From Chloroflexota bacterium (lineage in GTDB: Bacteria; Chloroflexota; Limnocylindria; Limnocylindrales; Limnocylindraceae), in contig JBEDDM010000001.1 of assembly GCA_041176225.1 (NCBI GenBank), positions 20,405-84,404 on the forward strand: a stretch of 64,000 nucleotides of DNA. Reading direction: 5' to 3'. Positions 9,344 through 18,355 of the stretch are shown one piece after another. The position numbers were made by a program, and so were the translations under genes. Every line of letters starts with the position of its first letter. The stretch's first letter is position 1. The notes below the pieces were generated by a model. It saw only the letters and a list, made by a program, of their open reading frames with translations, ran no database searches and was not told the DNA's origin.

Positions 9344-9693
9344 GCCGCAGCGCCTCCCTCTCTTTTCCCCGCGTCAGAGAGTCAGTGGGGCAGCGTTGCG
9401 GCCGCCCGGACCCTGTTGGGGGGACGCGGAGAATAGCAGCAACTTCTCAACCTGTACGACGCGTCGCGCGAGCATTGTTACACCCAGGGGCGGAGCGCCT
9501 CTGGGCTACAGCCAGCCTCCCCGCAACGCCATCGGCGGAGGGGCTACCGTGCCTGAATTGACACCCTGGCGGCTCCCCGACGATACTTCCCTTCCTAGAT
9601 CCGCCCACCTCGCGGCCCTAGGCCAGGCAGCCCTCTTGGTACCCGGTCCGCACGGCGGAGCGACGCCAAGGCCACATTGACGGGAGCGATCAA

Positions 9694-9828
9694 CATGAAG
9701 CGAACGCACCAGCCAAAGAAGCGACAGCGATTCCGCGAACACGGTTTCCGTAAGCGCATGTCGACGACGTCGGGCCGTAAGGTCTTGGCTCGTCGCCGCG
9801 CACGCGGCCGCAAGCGCCTCACAGTCTG
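9694..9828 (+). CDS. rpmH: 50S ribosomal protein L34
   Basis: Found by eye; below the 60-aa ORF-track cutoff. [44 protein letters not shown], stop TGA at 9826-9828. Confidence 0.9.
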
Positions 9829-9864
9829 AGCGGGCCGGCGCACTCGCGCCCCGCAGGTTTCGAC

Positions 9865-10212
9865 ATGATTCGAACCGCAGCTGACTTTACGGCTCTTGCC
9901 GCCGCGCCCGGTGTCAACTCACCACTGCTCGGCGTTCGCTTCGCCGTGCGCGATCGCGCCGTACCCGCGTTGCGCATTGGAATTGCCGCAAGCAAGAAGG
10001 TTGGCGGCGCAGTGGTGCGCAACCGCATTCGCCGCCGGCTCAAGGCAATCACACGAGACCTGGCGCCAGCGGTTGTACCTGGCACAGACCTTCTGATTGG
10101 CGTGCGCGCTTCGGCCGCAACTGCATCGAGCGAGCAGCTCCGCGCCGCACTCACCGACTGCCTCCGGCGCGCAAAACTTCTCTCTGGCGCCAATAGCGAG
10201 ACACGCGCGTGA
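9865..10212 (+). CDS. rnpA: Ribonuclease P protein component
   Basis: 115 aa, basic, …VRNRIRRRLK… motif; directly follows rpmH. Confidence 0.85.
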   Translation: MIRTAADFTALAAAPGVNSPLLGVRFAVRDRAVPALRIGIAASKKVGGAVVRNRIRRRLKAITRDLAPAVVPGTDLLIGVRASAATASSEQLRAALTDCLRRAKLLSGANSETRA

Positions 10213-10415
10213 AGCGACTCGCCGTTGCCTTCATCCATCTCTATCGAATCCTCTTTGCATGGCTGCCATCAAGCTGCCGATTTGAGCCGAGCTGCTCTCG
10301 CTACACGGAAGAGGCGATCATGAAGTACGGCGTCCTTAAGGGGAGCTGGATGGGTGCGCGCCGAATTGCGCGCTGCTCCCCACTCAGCGCCGGCGGATGG
10401 GATCCGGTCCGATGA
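10209..10415 (+). CDS. yidD: Membrane protein insertion efficiency factor YidD
   Basis: 68 aa with CxxC…C cysteines (PSSCRFEPSCSRY); between rnpA and yidC. Confidence 0.85.
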   Translation: MKRLAVAFIHLYRILFAWLPSSCRFEPSCSRYTEEAIMKYGVLKGSWMGARRIARCSPLSAGGWDPVR

Positions 10416-11533
10416 TCAACCGAGCGCGTCAACTGCTGCCAACGGTTCTCGTTCTGACACTCGTCGCGCTTGCTGTTGGTGCGTGCGACGCTGCCTCGGT
10501 CGTTGTTCCGCCATCTCCGCCAGCGCCTCTCGTTCCAGCATCACCAGGCGCTGATCCGTTCAGCCTCCTCTCTTGGCTGTTCACACCAGTCTTCCAGGCG
10601 CTCTTCATTGGCCTGGTCTTCTTTGACAACCTGACGGGAGATATCGGAATCTCAATTCTTTTGCTCACGATCGTCATCCGCATCGTCTTGATTTCGCCGT
10701 ACCGACGCCAACTCGTTTCACAGAAGCGCACGCAGCTACTCGCGCCAGAAGTGGAAGAGATCAAGCGTCGCTATAAAGGCGATCGAATGAAGATCCAGCA
10801 GGCGCAGGCGGAGCTGTACAAGACGCGCGGCATCAATCCGCTGAGCGGATGTCTGCCGACCCTGCTTCAGTTCATCGTGCTCATCCCAATGTATTCCGTG
10901 ATTGATCAAGGACTTAAGACGAGCGATCCAACCGCCATGCTGAGCATCTTCGGCTTTCAGGTCTTGGATCCAGGATGCGTGAACGGTCTCGCTGACGGTG
11001 TCCGCTGTTTTGACACAACAGTGGGATGGCTTGGCGGGCTTGATGTTTCGCAACCATGGGCTCCACTTATTCTTCTCGGGATCGGCATCTCCCCGCTTGC
11101 GCTCGGCAGTGCGCTGTTGCAGGTGCTACAGACGCGCATGACGCTTCCAAAGGGCGGAGCAGTAAAGGGCGATCCGGCAGCGGCAATGCAGAGCCAGACG
11201 CTGGTGATCCTGCCGCTGATCTCAATCCTGTACGGCGGCATCTTGCCAGCAGGACTCTTTATCTACTGGATTGCGTCTACGGTCTTCTCGTTGGCGCAGC
11301 AGTATTTGATCCTCGGCTACGGCGGACTCTTCCCACTCTTTGGGTGGACTCCGGCCTTCGCCGTGAACCATGCACCGCGATTCCCCGTGGCGATGCCGGA
11401 GAGCGCTCCGGCGGGCGACGTGGTTGAAGGGGCACCACAATCCCGCACGGATCTTGACCGCGCCGCATCTGCGGCCGCCACGATCCGTTCGGCCAAGAAG
11501 CGCGACCGACACGGTCGCCGAGGGGGCAGATAA
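10397..11533 (+). CDS. yidC: Membrane protein insertase YidC/Oxa1 family
   Basis: 378 aa; multi-TM with conserved YidC core; basic C-terminal tail KKRDRHGRRGGR. Confidence 0.9.
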   Translation: MGSGPMINRARQLLPTVLVLTLVALAVGACDAASVVVPPSPPAPLVPASPGADPFSLLSWLFTPVFQALFIGLVFFDNLTGDIGISILLLTIVIRIVLISPYRRQLVSQKRTQLLAPEVEEIKRRYKGDRMKIQQAQAELYKTRGINPLSGCLPTLLQFIVLIPMYSVIDQGLKTSDPTAMLSIFGFQVLDPGCVNGLADGVRCFDTTVGWLGGLDVSQPWAPLILLGIGISPLALGSALLQVLQTRMTLPKGGAVKGDPAAAMQSQTLVILPLISILYGGILPAGLFIYWIASTVFSLAQQYLILGYGGLFPLFGWTPAFAVNHAPRFPVAMPESAPAGDVVEGAPQSRTDLDRAASAAATIRSAKKRDRHGRRGGR

Positions 11534-12432
11534 TGGCGAGCGAGAGCGCATACCAGGAGTTCACAGGCAAGAGCGTTGAAGAGGCGCTCAAGATCGCATG
11601 CGAATCCTTCAAGGTTGGACTCGCCGACCTCGACTTTGAAATCATCGCGCCAGGCTCCAAGGGTGTTCTCGGCATGGGTGCTGAGCCAGCGCGGATCGTT
11701 GCAGCGCCAGCAAGCGCAATCGCAGGCAGCACGCCAAAGCGCGCGACCGAACCTGCACCACGCGCTGCGGCACCACGAGATGCTGCACCCCGCGACTCCG
11801 AACCGCGACCGGCACGCAGCGCACGAACAGAGCGTGCACCAGCGGCACGTGCGGAGCGACCCGCACGAGCACCGCGCCCTGAACGTGCTGATCGGCCAGC
11901 CCGAGCGCCGCGTGAAGCGGGCGAGACACGAGAGCCACGCGAGCGCCGCGAGCGCAGCGAGACCACACCAGAGATGATTGCCGGCGGCAAGGAGATCCTT
12001 GAGACGCTGATCAAGCACCTCGACTTTGAGGCAGAGATTCGCCTGAGCGGCGAAGGCTCCGAGACCGTGCTGAATGTGGCGGGCACGTCACCAGAAGCTG
12101 CGGAGGAACTCGGCAGCTTGATTGGCCGACGCGGCGAGCGCCTTCAGGCGATCCAGCACCTTGTCAACTTGATGTTGAGCCGCAAGCTCGGCGAGTGGGC
12201 GCGCGTGACCGTAGACATTGAAGAGTATCGTGGTCGACGTGAAGCGCAGCTCCGCGCACTTGCGCGCAAGGCGGGCGAGCGTGTTCGAGAGACCGGTCGC
12301 GCCGTTCAACTTGAGCCAATGACCGCGCTTGAGCGCCGTTGGGTGCACATGGAACTACAGGGTGCACCTGGGATTGCAACCGAGTCGGCGGGCGAAGAGC
12401 CAGAACGCCGCGTGGTCGTGATCCCGGCGTAA
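11533..12432 (+). CDS. jag: Jag/KhpB RNA-binding protein (Jag_N - disordered linker - KH - R3H)
   Basis: N-terminal Jag_N motif (MASESAYQEFTGKSVEEALKIACESF), C-terminal R3H region (…LEPMTALERRWVHMEL…); an Arg/Pro/Ala/Glu-rich linker of about 90 aa. Confidence 0.85.
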   Translation: MASESAYQEFTGKSVEEALKIACESFKVGLADLDFEIIAPGSKGVLGMGAEPARIVAAPASAIAGSTPKRATEPAPRAAAPRDAAPRDSEPRPARSARTERAPAARAERPARAPRPERADRPARAPREAGETREPRERRERSETTPEMIAGGKEILETLIKHLDFEAEIRLSGEGSETVLNVAGTSPEAAEELGSLIGRRGERLQAIQHLVNLMLSRKLGEWARVTVDIEEYRGRREAQLRALARKAGERVRETGRAVQLEPMTALERRWVHMELQGAPGIATESAGEEPERRVVVIPA

Positions 12433-12448
12433 CGAGCGAACGGCCATC

Positions 12449-13003
12449 ATGCCGACAAGAGATCCAAAACGGGAAGCGCACTTCCCTGCAATTGAGAAAC
12501 GTTACGGCGAACCGATGAAACACTGGTTTGCGGTAATGAAGAGTGTTGCAGGGAAGCGCTACCCAGAGCAGATCGCACACCTGCGAGAGAACTACGGGTT
12601 CTCACAAGCGCACGCCAACGCACTGGTGATGTTCACTCGCGGCTCGACCACGGCACATCGACACGCAACACCGGCGGACTACTTCAAGACGATTGGTCCG
12701 CAGCAAGCGCGCACCATGAAGGGCATGTTCAAGGTGTTGCGCGCGGCGTATCCAGACCTGAAGCTTGTGATCTCCTGGAATCAGCCAATCTTGCGCACCG
12801 AGAAGTACTACGTGTTCGGCGCTTCGGCCTCATCGAAGTACCTGCTGATCAACCCCTTTAGTAAGGCGGTGATTGATGCGTTCACACCGAAACTGAAGGG
12901 GTACCGCGTACTCAAGCACACCATCACGATTCCGAACGATTGGGAGATCGACGAGAAGCTCCTTGTGGCGATGGCGAAGGCGCGCATCAAAGAGATTAGG
13001 TAG
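12449..13003 (+). CDS. DUF4287/DUF5655-like protein of unknown function
   Basis: 184-aa ORF; N-terminal …EAHFPAIEKRYG… matches the DUF4287 pattern. Codon composition is somewhat less GC-rich than jag. Confidence 0.5.
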   Translation: MPTRDPKREAHFPAIEKRYGEPMKHWFAVMKSVAGKRYPEQIAHLRENYGFSQAHANALVMFTRGSTTAHRHATPADYFKTIGPQQARTMKGMFKVLRAAYPDLKLVISWNQPILRTEKYYVFGASASSKYLLINPFSKAVIDAFTPKLKGYRVLKHTITIPNDWEIDEKLLVAMAKARIKEIR

Positions 13004-13030
13004 CGCGCGATCCGCGCCTCGTGCAAGTGT

Positions 13031-13406
13031 TGGTGGAGATGGAGGAGAGTCGAACTCCTCGTCCGAAAAGCCTGCCAAGAGACCACTACGAGCGTGTCCT
13101 GCGGTTTAGTCTGAGTTGAGGCGCTCCCACAGGCCGGATCGACCCTCAACCGAGTCACATGCCCCTAAATCGGGCTTGATCAGTGGCTATGTGTCACTCA
13201 CCACTGTTGCAGCTTCGCTTAATGACGCTTCCACGACCCGCGAAGCGGGGGCCGCTTCCACGCTCACCTTACTGCCTTAGGCAGCGAGGGCGAGAGCAGG
13301 CTGGCGATTGCCAGTTACTTCTTTTTGCTACCGGTTTAACGAGGCCTGATAGCAACCTCGACTCGCGTTCTCAAGGTGCGGTTTCCCGTCGAAACCACGC
13401 ATCCCC
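13031..13406 (-). ncRNA. ssrA: Transfer-messenger RNA (tmRNA, SsrA)
   Basis: Minus-strand 5' end GGGGATGCGTGGTTTCGACGGG (conserved UUCGACGGG). 3' end …GGACGAGGAGTTCGACTCTCCTCCATCTCCACCA (T-arm plus acceptor plus encoded CCA). Acceptor stem GGGGAUG/CAUCUCC carries the G3:U70 Ala identity pair. Internal tag reading frame …PALALAA followed by UAA. Immediately downstream of smpB. Confidence 0.85.
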
Positions 13407-13441
13407 AAGAGGGGAATCCTACACGCTGGCGCGTGTGGCGA

Positions 13442-13930
13442 CTAGCCCCCGCGCTTCCAGTCCGAGAGCTCGCGCTCCGCTTCACGCTTCCCTTCTCGGT
13501 CAGCGATTGACTTGCGCTTGTCGAACTCCTTCTTTCCTCGCCCAAGGCCAATCTCAACCTTGCAGCGACCCCGGCTCAAATAAAGGCGGAGCGGGATCAG
13601 CGTGAGCCCCTTCACCTTCACCTTGGTGCCGATCGAGATGATTTCTTCTTTATGGAGGAGGAGGCGGCGCGTCCGTTTCGGCTCGTGCTGTTGGCTGGCA
13701 GCACCGGGCCACTCGGCAATATGCATGCCGATCATGCGAGCCTCGCCTTGGTCAAGACGAATGTAGGCGTCACCGATGTCTGCCTTCCCCGCGCGAATGG
13801 ACTTGATCTCTGTCCCCGTGAGCACCACACCCGCCTCAAAACGATCGAGAATCTCGTACTCGTGGGTGGCCTTCCGGTTCGAAGACAGCGTCGTACCGTC
13901 AGCGATGACGAGCGACTTCTTCGTAGCCAT
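13442..13930 (-). CDS. smpB: SsrA-binding protein SmpB
   Basis: 162 aa; MATKKSLVIADGTT…NRKATHEYEIL…LLLHKEEI matches SmpB. Confidence 0.95.
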   Translation of the reverse strand: MATKKSLVIADGTTLSSNRKATHEYEILDRFEAGVVLTGTEIKSIRAGKADIGDAYIRLDQGEARMIGMHIAEWPGAASQQHEPKRTRRLLLHKEEIISIGTKVKVKGLTLIPLRLYLSRGRCKVEIGLGRGKKEFDKRKSIADREGKREAERELSDWKRGG

Positions 13931-14194
13931 GAGACCTCCTTGCTGGGTGAGCGGCGCGACCCTGCGGGCTGGTGCGTATAGACGCGGTCTGGTGCGAATA
14001 GAAAGGGCGCTGACCTTGCGGCCAGCGCCCTCTCAGAACGTTACCGCTCTCGGGATCGGTTATTCGCCGACCTCACGAGAGGCGGTCGTACAACTGTCTA
14101 TTGACACTGCACACCACCTCCTTCCGTCTGCCGTAGACGATACGGCTCAGCGGGGCAAGGCGCAAGGGGTGGCGCGCATCCACCCGCGCCCCCG

Positions 14195-15436
14195 CTACTT
14201 GAGGAGGTCCAGAGCCTTCTTCAGGGCCGGATCACCCTCACCAGGAGTTGGGGGTGTTGGCACCGGGTAGTCGGGGGCGAGCCCCACCTTGTTCACCCAG
14301 GTGCCGTTCGGTGTGAGCCACTTTGCGATCGTGAGCTTCAAGCCAGAGCCATCCTTGAGGTCGATAAACGTTTGCACCACACCCTTGCCAAAGGTTGTCT
14401 CACCGACGAGGACCGCGCGGCCGCGATCGCGCAACGCACCAGCGAGAATCTCACTCGCAGACGCACTCCCCTTATTGATCAGCACGACCACCTTGATTGT
14501 TGGATCTGTTGCGATGCCACCACCGTTCGCTGACGTTTCGGTTCGTTTCCCGTCGCTTGTCTCTTCCATGTAGACCACACCATCAGCGATGAATTCACTC
14601 GCAATCTGAAGTGCGGTGGAAAGGTAGCCGCCTGGGTTGTCTCGCAGGTCAAGGATGATTCGTGTGATACCAGCATCAACCACCTCTTGCAGCGCTTGAT
14701 CAAACTGATCACCTGCAACCTCACTGAACTCCGCAAGGCGCAGGTAGCCAACAGGAGAACTATCCGATGTCTCGAGCGTCTCCGGCTCAACAGCAGGGAC
14801 GGTGATCACGTCACGGATGATTGTCAGATTTAGCGGGGCCGCATCACCACGGAGGATCGTGATTACCACGCTTGTCCCCTTCGCACCACGAACACGAAGC
14901 ACCGCTTCGTCCAGCGTCTCGCCATCTACAGTGAGACCGTCAACGAGCGTGATGCGGTCGCCGCTCTGCACACCCGCAGCCTTTGCGGGCGAGCCGTCAA
15001 TTGGTGAGACCACAAGGAGATAGCAGTCTGGACCAAGCGTGGTGCAGGCTTCACCTGCGGGACCGCGACTCTCGATTACTGCGCCAATCCCCTCAAAGCT
15101 TCCAGAGAGACCCTCAACGAGCGCATCCATCTCTTCGCCAGTGAGGTATTGCGAGTACGGATCATTAAGTGACTCAACGAGCCCCTTGATGGCGCCGTCA
15201 ATAAGGGCCTCTTCGGTTTTGTCGCCAACGTGTCGTGTCTCAACAAGGTCAAGCACCTCGTTGAATCGGGAGAGATCAATCGCCCCAGATGCGCCAGTGA
15301 CGCCGGCTGCGCTACTGCCGCTGTTGTAGCCAAGGTTGTATGCGCCGACAGCGAGTAGCAGGGCGAGAAGGAGTGCCCCTGCGCGCGTCACGAGCGGAGG
15401 ACGTCCGTTACCGCTCAGACCAAAACGTTGTTGCAC
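14195..15436 (-). CDS. ctpA: Carboxyl-terminal processing protease (S41 family, PDZ-containing)
   Basis: 413 aa; signal/TM N-terminus, PDZ region, S41 catalytic motifs GSASASE and TFGKG. Confidence 0.9.
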   Translation of the reverse strand: MQQRFGLSGNGRPPLVTRAGALLLALLLAVGAYNLGYNSGSSAAGVTGASGAIDLSRFNEVLDLVETRHVGDKTEEALIDGAIKGLVESLNDPYSQYLTGEEMDALVEGLSGSFEGIGAVIESRGPAGEACTTLGPDCYLLVVSPIDGSPAKAAGVQSGDRITLVDGLTVDGETLDEAVLRVRGAKGTSVVITILRGDAAPLNLTIIRDVITVPAVEPETLETSDSSPVGYLRLAEFSEVAGDQFDQALQEVVDAGITRIILDLRDNPGGYLSTALQIASEFIADGVVYMEETSDGKRTETSANGGGIATDPTIKVVVLINKGSASASEILAGALRDRGRAVLVGETTFGKGVVQTFIDLKDGSGLKLTIAKWLTPNGTWVNKVGLAPDYPVPTPPTPGEGDPALKKALDLLK

Positions 15437-15472
15437 ACGCCCTCCTTGCCGCTATTGGTTGAATCAACGCTG

Positions 15473-16384
15473 CTATGAGCTCAGTCGACCACGAAGTGAG
15501 AGTAGTGCACCGAGTGCGCCGAGCCCAAACCCAGCAAGCAACACCGTGACCGCAACCTCTCCGAGCAAGATTCCAGACGTCTCGATTGGTAGGACACGGA
15601 AGAGGTTCAGCATGACGGTGCTGATCCCAGCACCAAGGATTCCGAAGATAAAGAGGGTGATCAGTGCGCCCGCGCCACCAATGATCAACCCCTCAATGAT
15701 GAACGGGAGTCGCACCCAGGTGGACGTTGCGCCAACAAGGCGCATGATCGCAATCTCATCACTTCGCGCAAGGATGGCGAGTCGAATCGCGTTGACGACC
15801 ACGGCGAGGACGGCAAACGAGAATCCAATCAGGACAATGAGGCCGGCGATACGAAGCGCCGAAGTGATGCTGGCAAGACTTTCCGCAACGGCACGACCAT
15901 CAACGATGCGCGAGAAGAGCGCGGCAGAGGGGAGGCGACTGAGTGCGTCTGCAACGCTCGCCGTCTCACTTGGGCTGTCCAGCGCGATCTCAAAGCTTGC
16001 GGGGAGCGGGTTCTGCTCAAGCTCACCAGTGAGGTCTGGCTCACCGCGCTCCTTCAGCCGCTCACGGAATGCAGCGAGCGCTTCATCAGCGGTGATGTAC
16101 GTGGCCTCCTTCACTCCGTCGATCTTGAGGATCTCGTTGCGCAGTGAGTTCGCACGCTCTTCGGAGGCGCCGACCTTCAGGTAGGCGACCACCTCAACCT
16201 TGGAGTCCGCATAGCTGAGCGCAGCGTCAAGTCCGGCGCGAATCACAAGGACTGAGGCGAGGACGAGCAGCATCAACGTCATGGTCATGGTGGCGGCAAC
16301 CGTGGCGAGCCTGTTGCGTGAGAGACCATTCACCGCAGCGGAGACGCTCAGGCGAATCAGCCGACCGTTCTGCGCCCTACTCAC
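15473..16384 (-). CDS. ftsX: Cell-division ABC transporter permease-like protein FtsX
   Basis: 303 aa; 4-TM FtsX topology with a large extracytoplasmic loop; follows ftsE. Confidence 0.9.
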   Translation of the reverse strand: MSRAQNGRLIRLSVSAAVNGLSRNRLATVAATMTMTLMLLVLASVLVIRAGLDAALSYADSKVEVVAYLKVGASEERANSLRNEILKIDGVKEATYITADEALAAFRERLKERGEPDLTGELEQNPLPASFEIALDSPSETASVADALSRLPSAALFSRIVDGRAVAESLASITSALRIAGLIVLIGFSFAVLAVVVNAIRLAILARSDEIAIMRLVGATSTWVRLPFIIEGLIIGGAGALITLFIFGILGAGISTVMLNLFRVLPIETSGILLGEVAVTVLLAGFGLGALGALLSLRGRLSS

Positions 16385-16411
16385 GAACGACCCCCTTCAC
16401 CGTTCACCCGC

Positions 16412-17158
16412 TCACCCTGCACGATGGTATGTCCCACGCGCTTCGTCGCGGATAAGGCGTCCACCCTCAAGTCCGATCACACGTTTTCGCAGTGTGGTGA
16501 CTACGTCTGAATCGTGTGTTGCGACAAGGACGGTGACGCCAAGCTGATTGATCTGCCCGAGCAGCTCCATGATCTCCCAGCTGATGAGTGGATCAAGGTT
16601 CCCCGTTGGCTCATCGGCAATGAGCAGCTCAGGGTTGCCAACGATGGCGCGCGCGATCGCAGCGCGCTGCTGCTCGCCACCCGAGAGCGCGTCAGGGTAT
16701 CGCTCCGCGAGCGCAGTGAGACCAACAATGCGAAGGGCGCGCTCAACAGCGGCGTCAACCTCTTCGCGTGGCGCGCCGGTGACCTCCAGCGCAAAGGCGG
16801 TGTTCTCGCGAACGGTGCGTCTCTGCAGGAGTCGGAAGTCTTGGAAGACCACGCCAACACGTCGGCGCAAGTAGGGGACCTCGCTCGGTTGAAGGGTGTG
16901 TACCGCGTGCCCCGCAACGTGCACCTCACCAGAGAGAGGAATCACGTCGCGCACGAGGAGGCCGATCAGCGACGACTTCCCCGCGCCAGAAGGCCCAACA
17001 AGGAAGGCGAACTCACCAGGGTTGATGGTGAGGCTGACGCCCGCGAGTGCTGTGTGTCCGCTTGGGTATTGAACGCGGACATCTCGCAGCGTAACGACCG
17101 GCTCAACTGCCAGAAGCTCTGCAGCACCATCAGTGTTCATGGGCTCTAGGTTACTCAT
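16412..17158 (-). CDS. ftsE: Cell-division ATP-binding protein FtsE
   Basis: ABC ATPase motifs (GPSGAGKSS, LSGGEQQR, LLIADEPTGNLD). The ORF-track start at 17230 overlaps prfB; an internal Met at 17158 is the more likely start. Confidence 0.9.
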   Translation of the reverse strand: MSNLEPMNTDGAAELLAVEPVVTLRDVRVQYPSGHTALAGVSLTINPGEFAFLVGPSGAGKSSLIGLLVRDVIPLSGEVHVAGHAVHTLQPSEVPYLRRRVGVVFQDFRLLQRRTVRENTAFALEVTGAPREEVDAAVERALRIVGLTALAERYPDALSGGEQQRAAIARAIVGNPELLIADEPTGNLDPLISWEIMELLGQINQLGVTVLVATHDSDVVTTLRKRVIGLEGGRLIRDEARGTYHRAG

Positions 17159-18282
17159 CGTCTGGCCCCGCCGCTGCCACAGGTGCGCCGATCGCCAACC
17201 GTTCAAGTTCCGCAAGGATGAAGGGGTCAAAGTCGCCGTCCATCACACCAGTGGTATCTGCGGTCTGATGTCCACTGCGGTGATCTTTCACCATCTGATA
17301 CGGGTGGAAGACGTAGCTGCGAATCTGGCTCCCCCAGCCGGCGACCACAGTCTCGCCGCGCACGCGTGCCAGCTCATCTTCGCGCGCGCGAATCTTCAGT
17401 TCGATCAACTTACCCCGCAGCATCTTCTCCGCGGTCTCGCGATTCTGCATCTGCGAGCGCTGATTCTGGCTTGACACGGCGATGTTGGTGGGAAGGTGCG
17501 TGAGACGAACCGCCGACTCGGTCTTGTTGACGTGTTGGCCACCCGCGCCACTGGAGCGGAAGGTATCAACGCGAATCTCGTCCCAATTCAACACCACGTC
17601 TTGATCATCCTCAACTTCTGGGATCACTTCGAACATGGCGAAGGTGGTCTGTCGTCGTTTCTGTCCATCAAACGGAGAGATGCGCACCATCCGGTGCACG
17701 CCACGTTCCGCGCGCAACCAGCCGAACACATTGCGACCACGAATCTCAAGGGCAACGCTTCGGTAGCCGGCGCCTTCGCCTTCGGTGAAGTCAACAATCT
17801 CGTGCGCGAATCCGTGACGCTCCGCCCACCGCATGTACGCGCGTAGGAGCATGGCGGTCCAGTCGCACGCTTCGGTTCCGCCTGCGCCGGCTTGGATCGT
17901 CACGACAGCATCTGCATCTGCGTATTCGCCCGCGAAGAGGAGGGAGGTGCGTGCCTGTTGGAAGTCCTGTTCTACCCGAGCACTCTTCTCTGAGACTTCG
18001 GCGAGGAGCGCCTCATCACCTTCGGAGGTTGCAAGCTCGAAGAGCTCGCCGAGGTCGCGCGCGGCGGTGGTTAGCTGCTGCCACCGCGTGATCTCTTCGC
18101 GCAGGCCCTCCGCTTCACGGGCGAGTCGACGGGCGCTGCGTTGGTCGTCCCAGAAGCCTGGAGCGAGCATCTGCGTCTCAATTGCTGCGAGACGCGCCCC
18201 CTTTACGGCTGGGTCAAAGACGCCCCGACGTTGCCTCGATACGTCCGAGCAGGTCGCGCAGGCCGGCAGCGTCGACGCTCAC
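17151..18282 (-). CDS. prfB: Peptide chain release factor 2, made by a programmed +1 frameshift. The short 0-frame leader (GTG at 18282) joins the 339-aa track ORF at a CUU UGA C site.
   Basis: The track ORF has the SPFD…GGQHVNKTESAVRLTHLPT core including the GGQ motif. Upstream, the minus strand reads GTG AGC GTC … TCG GGG CGT CTT TGA C: leader MSVDAAGLRDLLGRIEATSGRL, then +1 frame DPAVKGARLAAIETQMLAPGFWDD… The SD-like GGGG, 3-nt spacer and CUU-UGA-C match the canonical RF2 autoregulatory site. Confidence 0.9.
18213..18219 (-). other. prfB: Programmed +1 ribosomal frameshift site of prfB (CUU UGA C with an upstream SD-like GGGG)
   Basis: Minus-strand CTTTGAC at 18213-18219 (plus strand gtcaaag), with GGGGCG immediately 5'. 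Confidence 0.85.
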
Positions 18283-18355
18283 CGGGGGCGCTCACTCGGT
18301 CGCACGAAGGCGACGACGGGGTTTTGCTGCTTCACGTTCGCGATCGTAGCAGGGG

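Noticed and set aside
9344-9693. Possible second oriC half in the rpmH-dnaA spacer
   Set aside because: No convincing TTATCCACA-like boxes on either strand; these are probably just divergent promoters.
11277-12086. 269-aa minus-strand ORF and other overlapping frames across the jag linker; nucleotide-level repetitiveness there
   Set aside because: Caused by the repetitive CGC/GCA/CCG codons of the Arg/Pro/Ala linker; not a CRISPR array (no regular spacer/repeat periodicity) and not a separate gene.
13004-13030. GC hairpin (GCGCG-n-CGCGC) between the converging DUF4287 gene and tmRNA as a bidirectional terminator
   Set aside because: The stem is short, there is no U-tract, and it cannot be assessed energetically by eye.
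12433-13030. Genomic island or integrative element at the tmRNA 3' end
   Set aside because: There is no integrase, no att-like direct repeat of the tmRNA 3' end, and only a single gene with modest compositional deviation.
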